A stretch of DNA of 64,000 nt from the human T2T-CHM13v2.0 reference genome, Homo sapiens: assembly GCF_009914755.1 (NCBI RefSeq), contig NC_060939.1; one strand, 5' to 3'. The position numbers and the translations under genes are program-made. Below, piece after piece: positions 34,591-49,030 of this stretch. Numbering within the stretch: the first letter of the stretch is position 1; each line of letters opens with the position of its first letter. The notes beneath the pieces are model-generated. The model searched no databases. It had not been told where the DNA came from and worked only from the letters and a program-made list of their open reading frames with translations.

Positions 34591-35068
34591 CAGCACCTCT
34601 CCTTCACAGCATTAAATATACTTTGTAATAATAAGCATTATAATTGCTTTTCAAATATCTGTCTCTCCAGTAGATTCTAAACTCCCTGAGAACAAAGTCC
34701 AGTCTTCTGCTCTTCACTAAATTAATAGGCCCCAGCACCCTGCCTGGCACCTACTAACACTCAGTCACTACTTGATTCATGAAAAGTTGAATGACTTGAG
34801 CCGAGAACTAAGGCTGCTTTTATCTACTTCCTCTCTGTGAGATTTGCGGTGAGTGATCACATGACTTCTTTAAGCACCAATTCCTTCCGTGTAAAGTGAA
34901 GCTAATAAATAATGTTGACCACCCAGGGCTGACACAGGATTAAATGAAATCGTATACAAAAGAATTTAGTAGATGGTGAATGCTCAATACAGTCACGTGC
35001 TACATAACTTGTTAGTCAAGGATGGACTGCCTACAGGACGGTGACCCCATAAGATTATAATACATGCA

Positions 35069-35420
35069 GGCCAGGCGCGGCGGCTCACGCCTGTAATCCC
35101 AACACTTTGGGAGGCCCAGGAGGGCAGATCACTTGAGGTCAGGAGTTCAAGACCAGCCTGGACAATATGGTGAAACCCTGTCTCTACTGAAAATACAAAA
35201 TTTAGCTGGGCATGGTGGCTGGCGCCTGTAATCCCAGCTAGTCGGGAGGCTGAGGTAGGAGAATCGCTTGAACTTGGGAGCAGAGGTTGCATGAGCCAAG
35301 ATCACACCATTGCACTTCAGCCTGTGTGACAAGAGTGAAGTTGCATGAGCCAAGATCACACCATTGCACTTCACTGCAGCCTGTGTGACAAGAGTGAAAC
35401 TCGGTCTCAACAACAAAAAA
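35069..35420 (+). mobile_element. Alu with internal 54-bp tandem duplication, TSD AAGATTATAATACATG
   Basis: Duplicated right-arm segment 35286-35339/35340-35398. Confidence 0.93.
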
Positions 35421-35427
35421 GATTATA

Positions 35428-35699
35428 ATACATGTTATTATGCACTTGTCAAAACCCACGGAACTATATGACACAAAGAGTGAACCTCAGTGTAAATTCT
35501 GGGTTATAGTTGATAACAATGTATCAGTGTTGGCTCACTGATTGTAAGAAATGTACCACATGTAAGAATTTCATAGGATAAACCACGGTGGGGCGGGTGA
35601 GAGAGCAGTGGATGGGTGTATGGAATTCTATGTCTTTTTGCTCAATTATTCTGTAAATCTAAAACCGTACTATAATAAAGCTTATTAATTGTTTTTAGA
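35428..35699 (+). mobile_element. L1M (L1MC/MD-like) 3'-end fragment
   Basis: TTGTCAAAACCCACGGAACT..AGAGTGAACC..TGTAAATCTAAAAC..AATAAAG. Confidence 0.75.
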
Positions 35700-36909
35700 A
35701 AGATTATAATGCTGTATTTTTACTCCGCCTTTTCTATGTTTGTTTAGATATACAAACACTTACCACTGTATTACAATTACCTACAGCATTCGGGACAGTA
35801 ACATGCCGTACGGGTTTGTAGCTTCAGAGCAATGGGCTATATCATACAGCCTAGGGGTGTACTAGGCTATGTAGGTTTGTGTAAGTAGACTTTATAATCT
35901 TCATACGACAATGAAATCACCTTATGACAAATTTCTCAGAGCGTATCCCTGTTGTTAAGCAATGCATGACTGTAGCTGGTAACTGTCGTTACCATCCTCA
36001 GGTCCAAAATAGACCTGCACAGCAGGGCACCCGAGGAGCACACGGATAATGCCTGGAGGCAGAGAATCAGGAGACAAGTGGGAGGAGGTTGACACATTCC
36101 GGAGATGCAGACATCTGTGTAGGGTCAGTTTTTACCTGCCCTCTGTTCATGTGTGGGACGTGACATTGAAGTGTTCCTGGACAAATGGACAGCCGGCATT
36201 GACATCAAGGGCAACTGCACCGTGACTGCTCTCTGAATGGGGATGCAGAGTCTCCATCCCGGAGACTGGGATAGTGCAGGATGGGGCGTGGCATGTAAAA
36301 GGCTCAGAGGGGAGACCCAAGTGTTGGGAGACTCCCCAGGCACAAGGTGGGAGGCTTGCCCACTTTCCAACACCCTCAGCCTTGCAATGTGGAGTGTGCC
36401 TCAGTAGCCTCTCCCTCAGCTCAGGGCACGTTTAATGGCAGGAAAGCAGCACCTTAGTGTTTGTCCAGTGACTGTTCTCAAGCTTAACTATTAGAGAAGT
36501 GACCAAAGGTCCGTGACATCTAATAATTTGCCAATTTGCTCAGGCACTGGTTTGAATTGCATCAGATTGCTGTGAGGAACAGGTCATCACGCAGCTTGTG
36601 ACCAAACCTAGTCAACAGCCCGGCATCCACCCTCAGTGTGGATTCGTAATGTTTTATTTATAGTTGTGTGCCCTGACTCTCATTAAGGGTCTACCGGGAT
36701 CTTTAGTTCAGTAGGTTCAGTCAGACTTTACTGCATTTTTACATTTATTTATTATCATTATATAAAATATCACATATGTACAAACATGTACATTTATACT
36801 TATTTGTAATATTTACATTGTTAATGCACTTTGTTATGTATTCTGTTTATATTATTATGAATCATATTGTTAAAGCATTCTGCTACACTAGGACATTGAA
36901 GATTTCTAA

Positions 36910-37251
<342 letters not shown>

Positions 37252-37388
37252 CTTCTCTACTATTTAAAATGGGCTAGCCTGACCCAAAATGGGAGGAGTA
37301 TGGGTCTCCTGTATAACCCAAAACGCTTCTAGTTACCCCTCCCCTGCCTGCTTGGTTTGTGAGTGCCGTTAGCAGCGGAATTGATCAC

Positions 37389-38099
<711 letters not shown>

Positions 38100-38142
38100 G
38101 TTTTCTCTACTATCTTTCTGATCCATGGTGTACTTGGTAGGG

Positions 38143-38496
38143 TGTAGTGGACATCTGTCATATTTGCCTGCTCAGCATCCCTGACCTCTTTTAATAAAAG
38201 GAACCATGATTTCTTTTAGAGACCCAAGTCTCTAAGTTTTCTTAGGCCTGGCCAACAAGGGACAAAAAAAGGGTCACTGAAAGAGCCAACCTGAGAATAA
38301 AGCCAACAGGGAGGAAAACAGGGCTGAGATATGGAGAGGGCCAGTCCATATAATGTTGTTAATCTCCTGGATCAAGCTATGCCTGAAGCTGGACCTTTCC
38401 ATTATCAGTTTCATGAGCCAATTAAACTTCTTTTTTGCTTAAATCAATCTGGGTTGGATGTCTGTCTTTTCCAGAAAACAGAAAGAGTCCTGACAA
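38143..38496 (+). mobile_element. MLT1J/H-like old MaLR LTR
   Basis: CCTGGATCAAGCTATGCCTGAAGC..TTTCATGAGCCAAT..GAAAGAGTCCTGAC. Confidence 0.6.
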
Positions 38497-40630
38497 GCCT
38501 GGGCTTAAAAGGGCTGCCGTGGATTTAAGAAGACAATAGTTAGGCGACCCAAAGGTAGCTGCCGTCCACTGACATTATATCTACATGTGTAATTAGCCTT
38601 CTGTCACTGGCTTCTACATCTGGTTCAAAGACACATGGCTAACTGCCAGTTATTCACACTGAGGAGTCAGTTTTAATTCCTCTCCATGAAGACCCTGCAG
38701 CTCACTTTACAGGACTGTGTATTTATTCTTTCTTCCTAGGTTGCCCGTAACTGCAAAGCCACACACTTCGGAGCCAGATGGATCCTGGCCCTGCTGTATA
38801 CTAACTGTGTGACATTGGATAATTTACTTAGCCTGATTCTGAGTTCCTTGTATATGCAATAATTTTGTCTACATTCTAGGTTTCCATAAAGATTCAAATG
38901 TATATGTAAAGAGCCTTAGTTTGTAGCATATAGCTGACCCATCAAAAGAAGTGGCTGATTATACTACTGGCCACATGACTGAGCCCTCTCTTAAGTGCTA
39001 GGCCCTGTGCTAAGGGCTTTACAGGCATTATTTCATGTAACCCTCTGAACTGCCCTGGGAGGTATGCCCTCCTGTGCTCCTCAGGGGGCAGGTACTGTGT
39101 TAAGTCCTTCGCATATGAAGATATCATTAAATTCTCACAACAGTGGGAGCACAAAGAGTTTAAGGAGTGTGACCAAGGCTGTGCAGCTCTGTTCCCTATG
39201 ACTTTGCTCCATTGCTGGGCACCACTGCCCCTCCAAACAGGGCAGTCCCTGAGATGATGGTGGGACAGTGTGACATTCCTTTGGCTCCATCTGCCTCAAG
39301 GCATAAATGGAGAGCAGAATCCAGGCAATGGAATGGAACCATATCTCCATTTGGGAGTAGTTTCATGGTGAGGAGAACCTCAGGAAGAAGTGAAGAGCCA
39401 AGGCAGGCGTTAGGGACCCCCGGGCTCCAGCCTGCCAGAGCATCTGGAAGGGAAAAGGCAGCAGCCATGCTGCTACATTCCTGATCCTGCTAAGGACTCT
39501 TACTGGCTCCTGGGATGGGGACCTGGGCTCTGGGATGTCAGGGCAAACCCGGATGGGGTTGCCCCCAACTGGAAGTGACTGCTGGTTCTCATGGAAGCTG
39601 GTGCCTGGGATCAGCACCAAGGAGAGTGAGCCTACCTCCTGGCCTGTCAGCTAGGAAGTGCCAAGCAAGGGACCAGCAACAAAAGGTGCAGTCCTGAGCA
39701 AGACACGGGAGCGGTGGGAAAGGCCTGGGTTTTTCCACTAGGGGATAGGAGGCCTTACTGGAGCTGATCAACTGGTTCATACTGTGGAGTTGACTGTAAC
39801 CAGTACAACAATGCTGGAAAGTAAAAGCTACAAGATATTCTCGCTGTCCTTTTCCCACAGAAATATACTATGTATCAAGCTAAGTAAATGTCTGGAAACC
39901 TGGAAACCCCCCAAAACTGGTAGAAGCAGTTTCTTTTCTTTATTCTTTTTCTTTTTTTTTTTTTTTTAACTATTTCACACGCACACAAAAAAAAAAGAGC
40001 TAGAGAAAAACCATGTTTCTTGGATTTAATTTTGTTCACACAAATTTTCTTTTTTAAAAAAGAATAAACTGGAACCATCTAATCTAAGGTAAGCATGAAA
40101 CTGTCTCAGTGACTCTTTTAAAAGTTGTCTGTAATTGTGTGACTTGGAAAATTAATTTCCTTCCAGATGAAGAAACCCGAGGCAGGTCTTATGAGTGACA
40201 ATTATTAGTAACCACCTCAGGAAGCAGCTCGAACAATGAGAAGGGGCGGAGGACCGTGTGAGACCTGCAGGCAAACACAAGGGCTGCTTGCAACTTGCCT
40301 AAAATAGAAAATAGAAGTTAGCAACAGCTTCCCCGCCTGCCAGGCCCCTCTTTGGAAGGCTCTGTGCGGTAACAAGTACCATGGCAGGATGCTACCCAAG
40401 AGCCTCTCTGGAGATGGACAAGAACCCCTGGGGCAGTTGAGGCGAAACGAATGCCCCCTGGCTTCCTTCCCACCTCTGGGGCGCAGGTTCCCCACTAGAG
40501 TCACCTCCAGGTGCTGACGCCCTTTTGCTTCCTTCTGCTGAAAAAGTCAAACCAGTTACTGTTTTGATTCTTTTTTAAAGGTTTTAGAAGAATGACACAT
40601 ATTACACAAGCTTTATTTGGAGGAGTCATT

Positions 40631-40724
40631 GGCGAGGTAATGTGCTCTTAACCGTGGAACAAGCCTTGGCGCTGAAGCGTGAAGGACGCGGTTCGAATCC
40701 CAGCTTGGTCACCTTCGCCTTTTT
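40631..40724 (+). promoter_or_regulatory. MIR-head-derived Pol III B-box with T5 terminator (candidate TFIIIC site or small RNA)
   Basis: GGTTCGAATCC at 40690-40700; TTTTT at 40720-40724; A-box degenerate. Confidence 0.5.
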
Positions 40725-40784
40725 GAGCTGCCCAGGATAATAAGAAGGTTGGGCAAGGCTCAGCCTGCACGTGGCTAGAAACAT

Positions 40785-41023
40785 AATCCCAGCACTTTGG
40801 GAGGCCTAGGCGGGAGGATCACGAGGTCAAGAGATGGAGACCATCCTAGCCAACATGGGAAACCCCGTCTCTACGAAAAATACAAAAATGAGCTGGGCGT
40901 GGTGGCGCGTGCCTGTAGTCCCGGCCACTCGGGAGGCTAATCGGTTGAACCCGGGAGGCGGAGGTTGCAGTGAGCCGAGATCGCACCACCGCACTCCAGC
41001 CTGGGGGTCAGAGCGAGACTCCG
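40785..41023 (+). mobile_element. Alu (AluSc-like) lacking head and A tail, CpG-rich
   Basis: TAATCCCAGCACTTTGG...GAGCGAGACTCCG, no poly-A; about 17 CpGs. Confidence 0.92.
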
Positions 41024-41199
41024 CTACACATCACCAGGCTCACCTGAGAGGCTGGAAAAGCAGGGGCGGAGGGAGGAGTGGGGAAGAGAGGGAAGGGGGT
41101 GGGGAGCAAAGTACCCGAGCCGACACCGATCCCCAAACTGTACCTTTTCAATTATCTTAGTAACTTTCACCCCAATGGCACGGCTTATCTTAACACTGA

Positions 41200-42330
41200 T
41201 TACCGCACCCCGCACCCCCCGCTATTCTCCCCCACTCCGCGCACTCCCAGATGCTTCACATGAAATCGACATGGCAAAGTCACAGCCTCGAACTGAAACG
41301 GTTTTCCAATTTTGGAAGCTTGACTGGCCATAAAAAGGTTTTGTTTTTTTCTTTTCCCTCTTCTTCCCTGCCCGTGACGCCGCCCCCTCCCCCGCCCTCC
41401 CTCCGCCCCCACCCCCACCCCCACCCCCTCCCCACGCTCAAGAGCGGATCCGCGCCGGCCGCGGCGGAACCTACGCGCCTGTTTTCCAGCGGCCGCTCCC
41501 CGGCGCTGCCCGGCGCCGCCCCCTGCCGGCGGGAGTCGGAGCTGCTCCCGCGTGCGCGCCGGCCGCGGCGGGCTGATGACCCAACGCCGCAGGCATCCGA
41601 GGATAACCTTTCCCTTTTCTTTCCAAGACCAAATAAGGGGGCTCTTCCCTCTGCGCGCCAGGCCCGCGGCAGTTAGGCCAAGGGGCGTGGAAAGGAGGAT
41701 CCGGGAACGAGGCTGACAGTCGGCAACAACCGAGCACATTGTTCCCGCGGCGCCCGGCCTCCCCCTCCTCCCGCGGGCCCGGCCCGTGCCCACCCTGCAG
41801 CCCCAGGCGCGGGGAGCCAGGCGGGATCGGCGCGACCCCGGACCCCGTCGGCAGCTCCGCCAAGCCCTCCGGCCCCTCCCCCGAGAAGAAGTGAAGGGCG
41901 GGGTGCCCGCGGGCCCTCGCCCCGGTGCAGACCCTCCAGGCTCGCGGGGCAGCCGACCGGGGACCCCGGCGGGGGCCAGGCCCGACTGCCCAGCCTCGGA
42001 ACCCTGGCATCGCCCCCGAGGGAGGGAGTCACTGGTGGCTGACAGTGTTTGGTAACCACAGAAACCGAGATCTGACCTATATTTTCGAACACGGCCTCAA
42101 CTCTAGCTTTCCTTCTAGAAATCAAAGTGAGAGAATCTGACTTGCTGCTAATTTTCCTCCTGCTTTATATTCCAAAATGCCACCCGGAAGGCTAGGCAAG
42201 TCAGGAAACCTCGCTGGCGGTGTGGATGGCTGGTGAGGGTCCCCGGTGCTCCAGTTAGGAGGCAGGGGCTGTCCCCTCTGCAGCCTCCTGCCGGCCACAG
42301 CGTCCTCCTGCCCACCAGCGGCTGGTGCAT
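41200..42330. promoter_or_regulatory. CpG island / probable promoter
   Basis: Very high GC and CpG density in an otherwise CpG-depleted window; GC boxes (CCCCGCCC ~41389, CTCCGCCCC ~41401, GGGCGGGG ~41896). Confidence 0.9.
41629..41638. promoter_or_regulatory. CArG box (SRF consensus)
   Basis: CCAAATAAGG = CC(A/T)6GG inside the island. Confidence 0.6.
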
Positions 42331-42558
42331 TTCTGGAGGGCAATTGGATGATATTGATCAGGATTTAAAATAAGTGCATTGTTTGACGATTTCATTCCAC
42401 TTCTCGGTGTTTATCCTAAGTAGGTGCTGGGAAGGGTGCACAAAGACAGACATTCTAAGCACAGAGGATGGCCACAGTCCTGCTTAACAGTAACAGTAGT
42501 TGGCCTTAACTGAGCATTTACTAAGTGCTAGAAACTGTTCTAAACATTTTACAAATAG

Positions 42559-42876
<318 letters not shown>

Positions 42877-42896
42877 CAGGGACTGTATTATTAATA

Positions 42897-43214
42897 CAGC
42901 CAACCCTCCATATCTGTGGATTCAACCAACCATGCATGGAAAATATTCCGGAAAAAAAAATTCCGCCAAGTTCCAAAAAGCAAAACCCGAATTTGCCATG
43001 CGCCAAGTACTACTACATTGAATCCACAAGAATGAAATGAAGTGTTGGCATTGTATGGGGTATTATAAGTAATCCAGAGAGATTTAAAGTGTACAGGAGG
43101 ATGTGTGCAGGTTATATACAAATATCACACCATTTTATATAAGGAACTTGAGCATCTGTGGATTTTAGTATGGGGCTCCTGGAACCAATTCCCCACGCAT
43201 ACCGAGGGACAACC
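42897..43214 (+). mobile_element. MER2 (TcMar-Tigger) inside a MIR
   Basis: TA|CAGCCAACCCTCCATATCTG..GGATTCAACC..TCCTGGAACCAAT..ATACCGAGGGACAAC. Confidence 0.8.
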
Positions 43215-44536
43215 ACACCTCCATTTAATACATGAGGAAACTTCTCAGAGATGCTAGGTTTCTGCTGACCATCACCCAGCTGGGGAGTTGCACAGCCAGG
43301 AATGATGCCACGCTCTGAGGCTCCAGAGTCTGTGCCCTTGACCGCAACACTAAATGTTTATCAATGGGGATTTGATTAATTTAGAATACATCCGTATAAT
43401 GGAGTATTTGCCGGCCGCTTAAATGGTGATGTAGATTGGGAATAATTGGCATGGAAAAATGTCCATGACATATTGTTGAGTGAAAACAGCTGGTTATACA
43501 AGAGTGTGCCTAACGGGATCCCGCGGTTGTGCAGAAGGGCGCTCACGGCTATGCTAACCATGGTCACCTTTGGGCAGTAGAATTTCAGGTGGCTAATTTT
43601 ACAGGTATGTCGTCTTTGTTGTTGAACTCTTTTTTTTTCTTATTGTTAATCACAGTCCAGGCTGTGCTCAAATCCCACTTTCTTCACGTAAGCCTTTCCT
43701 GATCCCCAAAGTTGGAAGCTGCAGCTCCCCATGATTCTGACAAGTGGGAACTTGTATTGGAAGGTTATTCAGTGGCATGAGTGTGTACCTGTGTTGTCAG
43801 CTAAACTGTGAACTCGGAAGGGAGGCACAGACTGTTTCATCTTTTTCGGTATGCCCATTTGTACATTGCATGGTACTTTACCCACTGCAGGATTCAAATA
43901 TTTATCAGTAATTTGGTATAACCCAATGATGATGGAGCAATCCACAGAAAAATTAATTGCATAATTAGTTGTTTGAGAGCTGCTTCCATTAGCTAGGTGG
44001 TAAGTTCCTTGGGGACAGAGATGTACCTGTTCCTTTCCTGTCCTGGCACTAGGGCAGTGCCTGCACACAGTAGGTGCTCCATAAATGTTCGCTAAGTGAC
44101 TAAGCCCAGGGTGCTCTGCCCCAAGCAACCTTCCTTCTTGAGGAATCAAAATGAGAGCTTATTTGCTTTTCTCAGGGACCTCTGTCTGTCAAATGATTAG
44201 TCACCTATATGGACCAGACCCCTCAGCAGGAATTAGCTCTGGTTAACATAGCAGAAAAGGGAAGCTCTTGGAATGGATGGGAAGGCAGGAGAAGAAGGCT
44301 TGGAAATTGGGCAGGAAATGAAGGAAGGAAGGCAAGAGGAAGACTTGGCCAAAGTCATGCCAGGGAGAGGCAGCTGACGCTGGCACCCTTGGGCACTGCC
44401 ACCACTCGCACTAGATTCCCCCCTGCCCTGCCATGGCCAGCTGCCCCTGCAGTACATGGATTCTGTCTTGTTCCTGTGTCTTGGATCACTTGATTGAGAG
44501 TCAAGGCCTTAGAGGGAGGATCAGGTGGCTAAACCC

Positions 44537-44749
44537 AAGTGCTGTGCTGGGTGTTGGGCTGGGAAACGTTTAGCAGCTTGCTCACCAGTGGGAAAAGCCC
44601 GGATTTGCAGCATTTGCTGACTTCCATGGAGACATTCCCACCATGACTGATTTTTATTTGCCAACCATTTAACAACCAGCTCGAAGGATTCCTGAGAATG
44701 TAAAAGTTGGTGCTGGTGGGCTGGTGAGCTGTGCTCCAGCATACTCCTG
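44537..44749 (+). mobile_element. MER63-type hAT MITE
   Basis: GATTTGCAGCATTTGCTGACTTCCATGG..TTTAACAACCAGCTC..CTCCAGCATACTCCTG. Confidence 0.65.
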
Positions 44750-46077
44750 TGTGTGCCCCATTGTCTGAGATTCCCACAGTAGGGAAAATCCCCTGGAAAG
44801 GAAGTGGGAAGGTTGCCAGGTAGCCCCGCAACACCAGTACATGTCCATATCTCAAAGCAATCCAGGGTATTGTGGCAGGGGCGCTATAACCCAAAGTGTG
44901 CTAGCCCTTCTACTTGTTAACAGGAGCTTTCAGAGATAATACCCAAAGGAAGGTGAACGATGAAATTTACGATTGTGGGGCAGGCCAGTGGGGCAGATGT
45001 TTGAAGGCAGAGGGGGATGAGGGAAAGATGTTTAGATCTGTACCCTTCAGATCTCAGTCAGTGTCCCTCCTATACTTGTAGCTCTCCAAGAACAAGGACC
45101 CAGCCCTGAATTATCCAATAAGTTGTCGGGAAACAGAGAAGCCTTCTCTAGGAGGGATTTACCTCGTTTCCCAGGTTTCAAGTCCAAGGACAAGAATAAT
45201 TACAACAGTGGCTACTATTGTGTATAAAGAGCTTCCTGCATGTGCCAGGCACGTGTGAAGCACAGTCCTTCACCTAGGTAGCTTTTCTAAGGATAGGTCA
45301 CTCATGGATAATCCCCCTGGGATTTGAGCCCAGGCTGTCTAATGGCCAAGCCATGTTCCTGATCACAAAGCCATCCTGACTTGGCCCATCTGTTGGTTGT
45401 CTCTGAATGAACCACAAGGCATGCCCACATTTTGGAAAATGGAGACCCATTCAAAACCCTGGAGCTCCCAGACACACATTAGATTAAAGAGACTGCAGAG
45501 ACAATGTGGTCAAACTGATCTACACTGCCATCTGAGGTCTGCCCCTTGGCAGCTTCCTTCTATGTAAAAATGGATCCAGGGATGCCCAATGCCAGGGCTA
45601 TGGTGGAGCCATGTTGGAGCACAGGACATCCGACACATCATAGGCTGTGAGTGTCATTATGCATTTTTAGAAGATTGTTTACTTAAGTCAAAATTACTAC
45701 GGACATTTACTATTTTTGTTTTTAAAATCGTCTCTCAGACATCGCTTAGAGATATTCACACATCGATTTTAGAGTAAAGACGTCAAAATGTGGGAGACTG
45801 GCTTATTGAGCAGGCAGTACTCCTGGGATGTCATCATGAAAGTAACTGATTTTTGTCTCACGTTTTCCCTTGAAATGTCCCTCAGAATTGCCTTTTCTGG
45901 TTCTGGATGAAGTCTCAGGTCAGTTCCATGTCTTTCCTGGTCACTCTTAGGGGCATAGGATGTTGGAGGTGACAACAGAGACAGCCTCCTCTCCAGAGAC
46001 TGGTTACATGCGGTGCCGGCTGATAACCAGAGTCTCTGCCTTCCTTCACAGTGACAGCTGCTGCCCCTCCACTGTAG

Positions 46078-46501
<424 letters not shown>

Positions 46502-47304
46502 TGAAAGTTACATCATTTAAGAACCACTTAAGCAATGACCCATCTGAAGGGACACCTGGCCTTGGCCCTGCCTCTGCTGCTGCAGCGGGAAATGGGGTGG
46601 GGAAGAGGGGAGCAGGAAAGGGGGCAACAAAGCACATCATCCCTCGCTCAGCCGTGTCATAAGAGGTTTCCTGCTTGTGGGGCCTGGCAAGGGGCTTCCA
46701 TGGGTTCTTTGGCCGGCCCCAGTGGAAATATTTGACTGCATATGTTATGACAAAGGCGGTGCATTTCCCCCAGGCAGGCTCACACCCCTGGTAGTCTACG
46801 CCACACGAGTTCTTTCTGTTGGGATTCTATTGCCCAACAGGGTCACACCTGCTCCACGGAGAAAGGTCACACATTTTCTGTTCCATCAAATTGTGGGAGT
46901 AGAGACCCATTCCGTGCAGTAGCCCCTCAACAAGTCAGCTTCTCCCTTGTCCTCAAGGTTTCCTGATCAGTCATCAGATACCAGTTCACTGGGTCCCCCT
47001 TGATGACAAGGGACACATGTCAAGCTCTCCATGTGGTCCCTTAAAACCCCATTCTCCTGATTGAGGGAAGGACGTAGGCAGCTTCACTCCACCCTTCCTG
47101 GATTGGTTCTCTCAGCTCAGGCATCTGCAGAGCCGTACCCTTTATAAATCTTCTCTAACACCTAATGACCCAGTCCCTCAAGGGGTCTAGGCTTGGAGAG
47201 TCATAGGACTGGCTTCATGCCCACCGCTTTGGAATGCTCACCACTCCAGCACCTAAAGTTCCAATTTGGCATCCTGCAAGAATTTACCAACTGAGTGATG
47301 ATTA

Positions 47305-47737
<433 letters not shown>

Positions 47738-47994
47738 ATGTATCCACTGACCACCATGTGAGATGGGAAAGAACCGGTAGAAAGGAAAATGGGCTGGTTC
47801 TTGGACAGACTGCAAGACGTGCCTGTGCTCATTTTCATCATGATCTGGAATCTTAAGAGATGTAAGAACATACTAGGAAGTGGAGTGTGATGTGAATCTA
47901 GAAGGGAACCCCAAGGGTGAGGGATCTAAGACAATGGCTGCTGGGAAGATAAGACTAGAAGAAACCATACTCTGTGTCCTGTTCTCTCTTGCAG

Positions 47995-48171
47995 ATTAAC
48001 CATGTTCAGTCGTGGGTTCTACACTGAGTCCTCTCATGTCTTCCCATCAGAGTAGTAGCAGTGACTAAAAAGGCCCCCTGTGGAAATTGTGCCTCCCTGG
48101 CCCTCCACCTCTGCATCTGTGTTCTGGTATCCTGGAGGAGAATGCCAGTCATCAGCCATCAGCCATGGCCA
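47995..48171 (+). ncRNA. Candidate non-coding exon (177 nt)
   Basis: Acceptor TGTCCTGTTCTCTCTTGCAG|A, donor CCA|GTAAGT; stops in all three frames. Confidence 0.35.
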
Positions 48172-48224
48172 GTAAGTGTCACCTAACAGCCTCCCATCTC
48201 TCTAGACCCTATGCAGTCCGAGCC

Positions 48225-49030
<806 letters not shown>

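Larger units (their letters stand above)
34990..35972 (+). mobile_element. Tigger3a-type TcMar element, interrupted by an L1 fragment and an Alu
   Basis: TA|CAGTCACGTG...GCATGACTG|TA terminal inverted repeats with TA duplication; CCCATAAGATTATAAT..CTGTATTTTTACT continuity. Confidence 0.85.

Noticed and set aside
40640-40715. tRNA gene suggested by GGTTCGAATCCC
   Set aside because: No convincing cloverleaf or A-box; better explained as a MIR head (kept as Pol III/TFIIIC candidate)
41328-41338. Second CArG box CCATAAAAAGG
   Set aside because: Seven A/T bases between CC and GG, not six
41572-41583. 12-mer GCTGATGACCCA shared with the reverse complement of the VNTR unit
   Set aside because: A single 12-mer match to any part of a 33-bp unit in 64 kb on both strands is plausible by chance
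41200-42140. Long overlapping ORFs (141-197 aa) in the CpG island
   Set aside because: G/P/R/A-rich frames open on both strands because stops are rare at high GC; no recognisable domain
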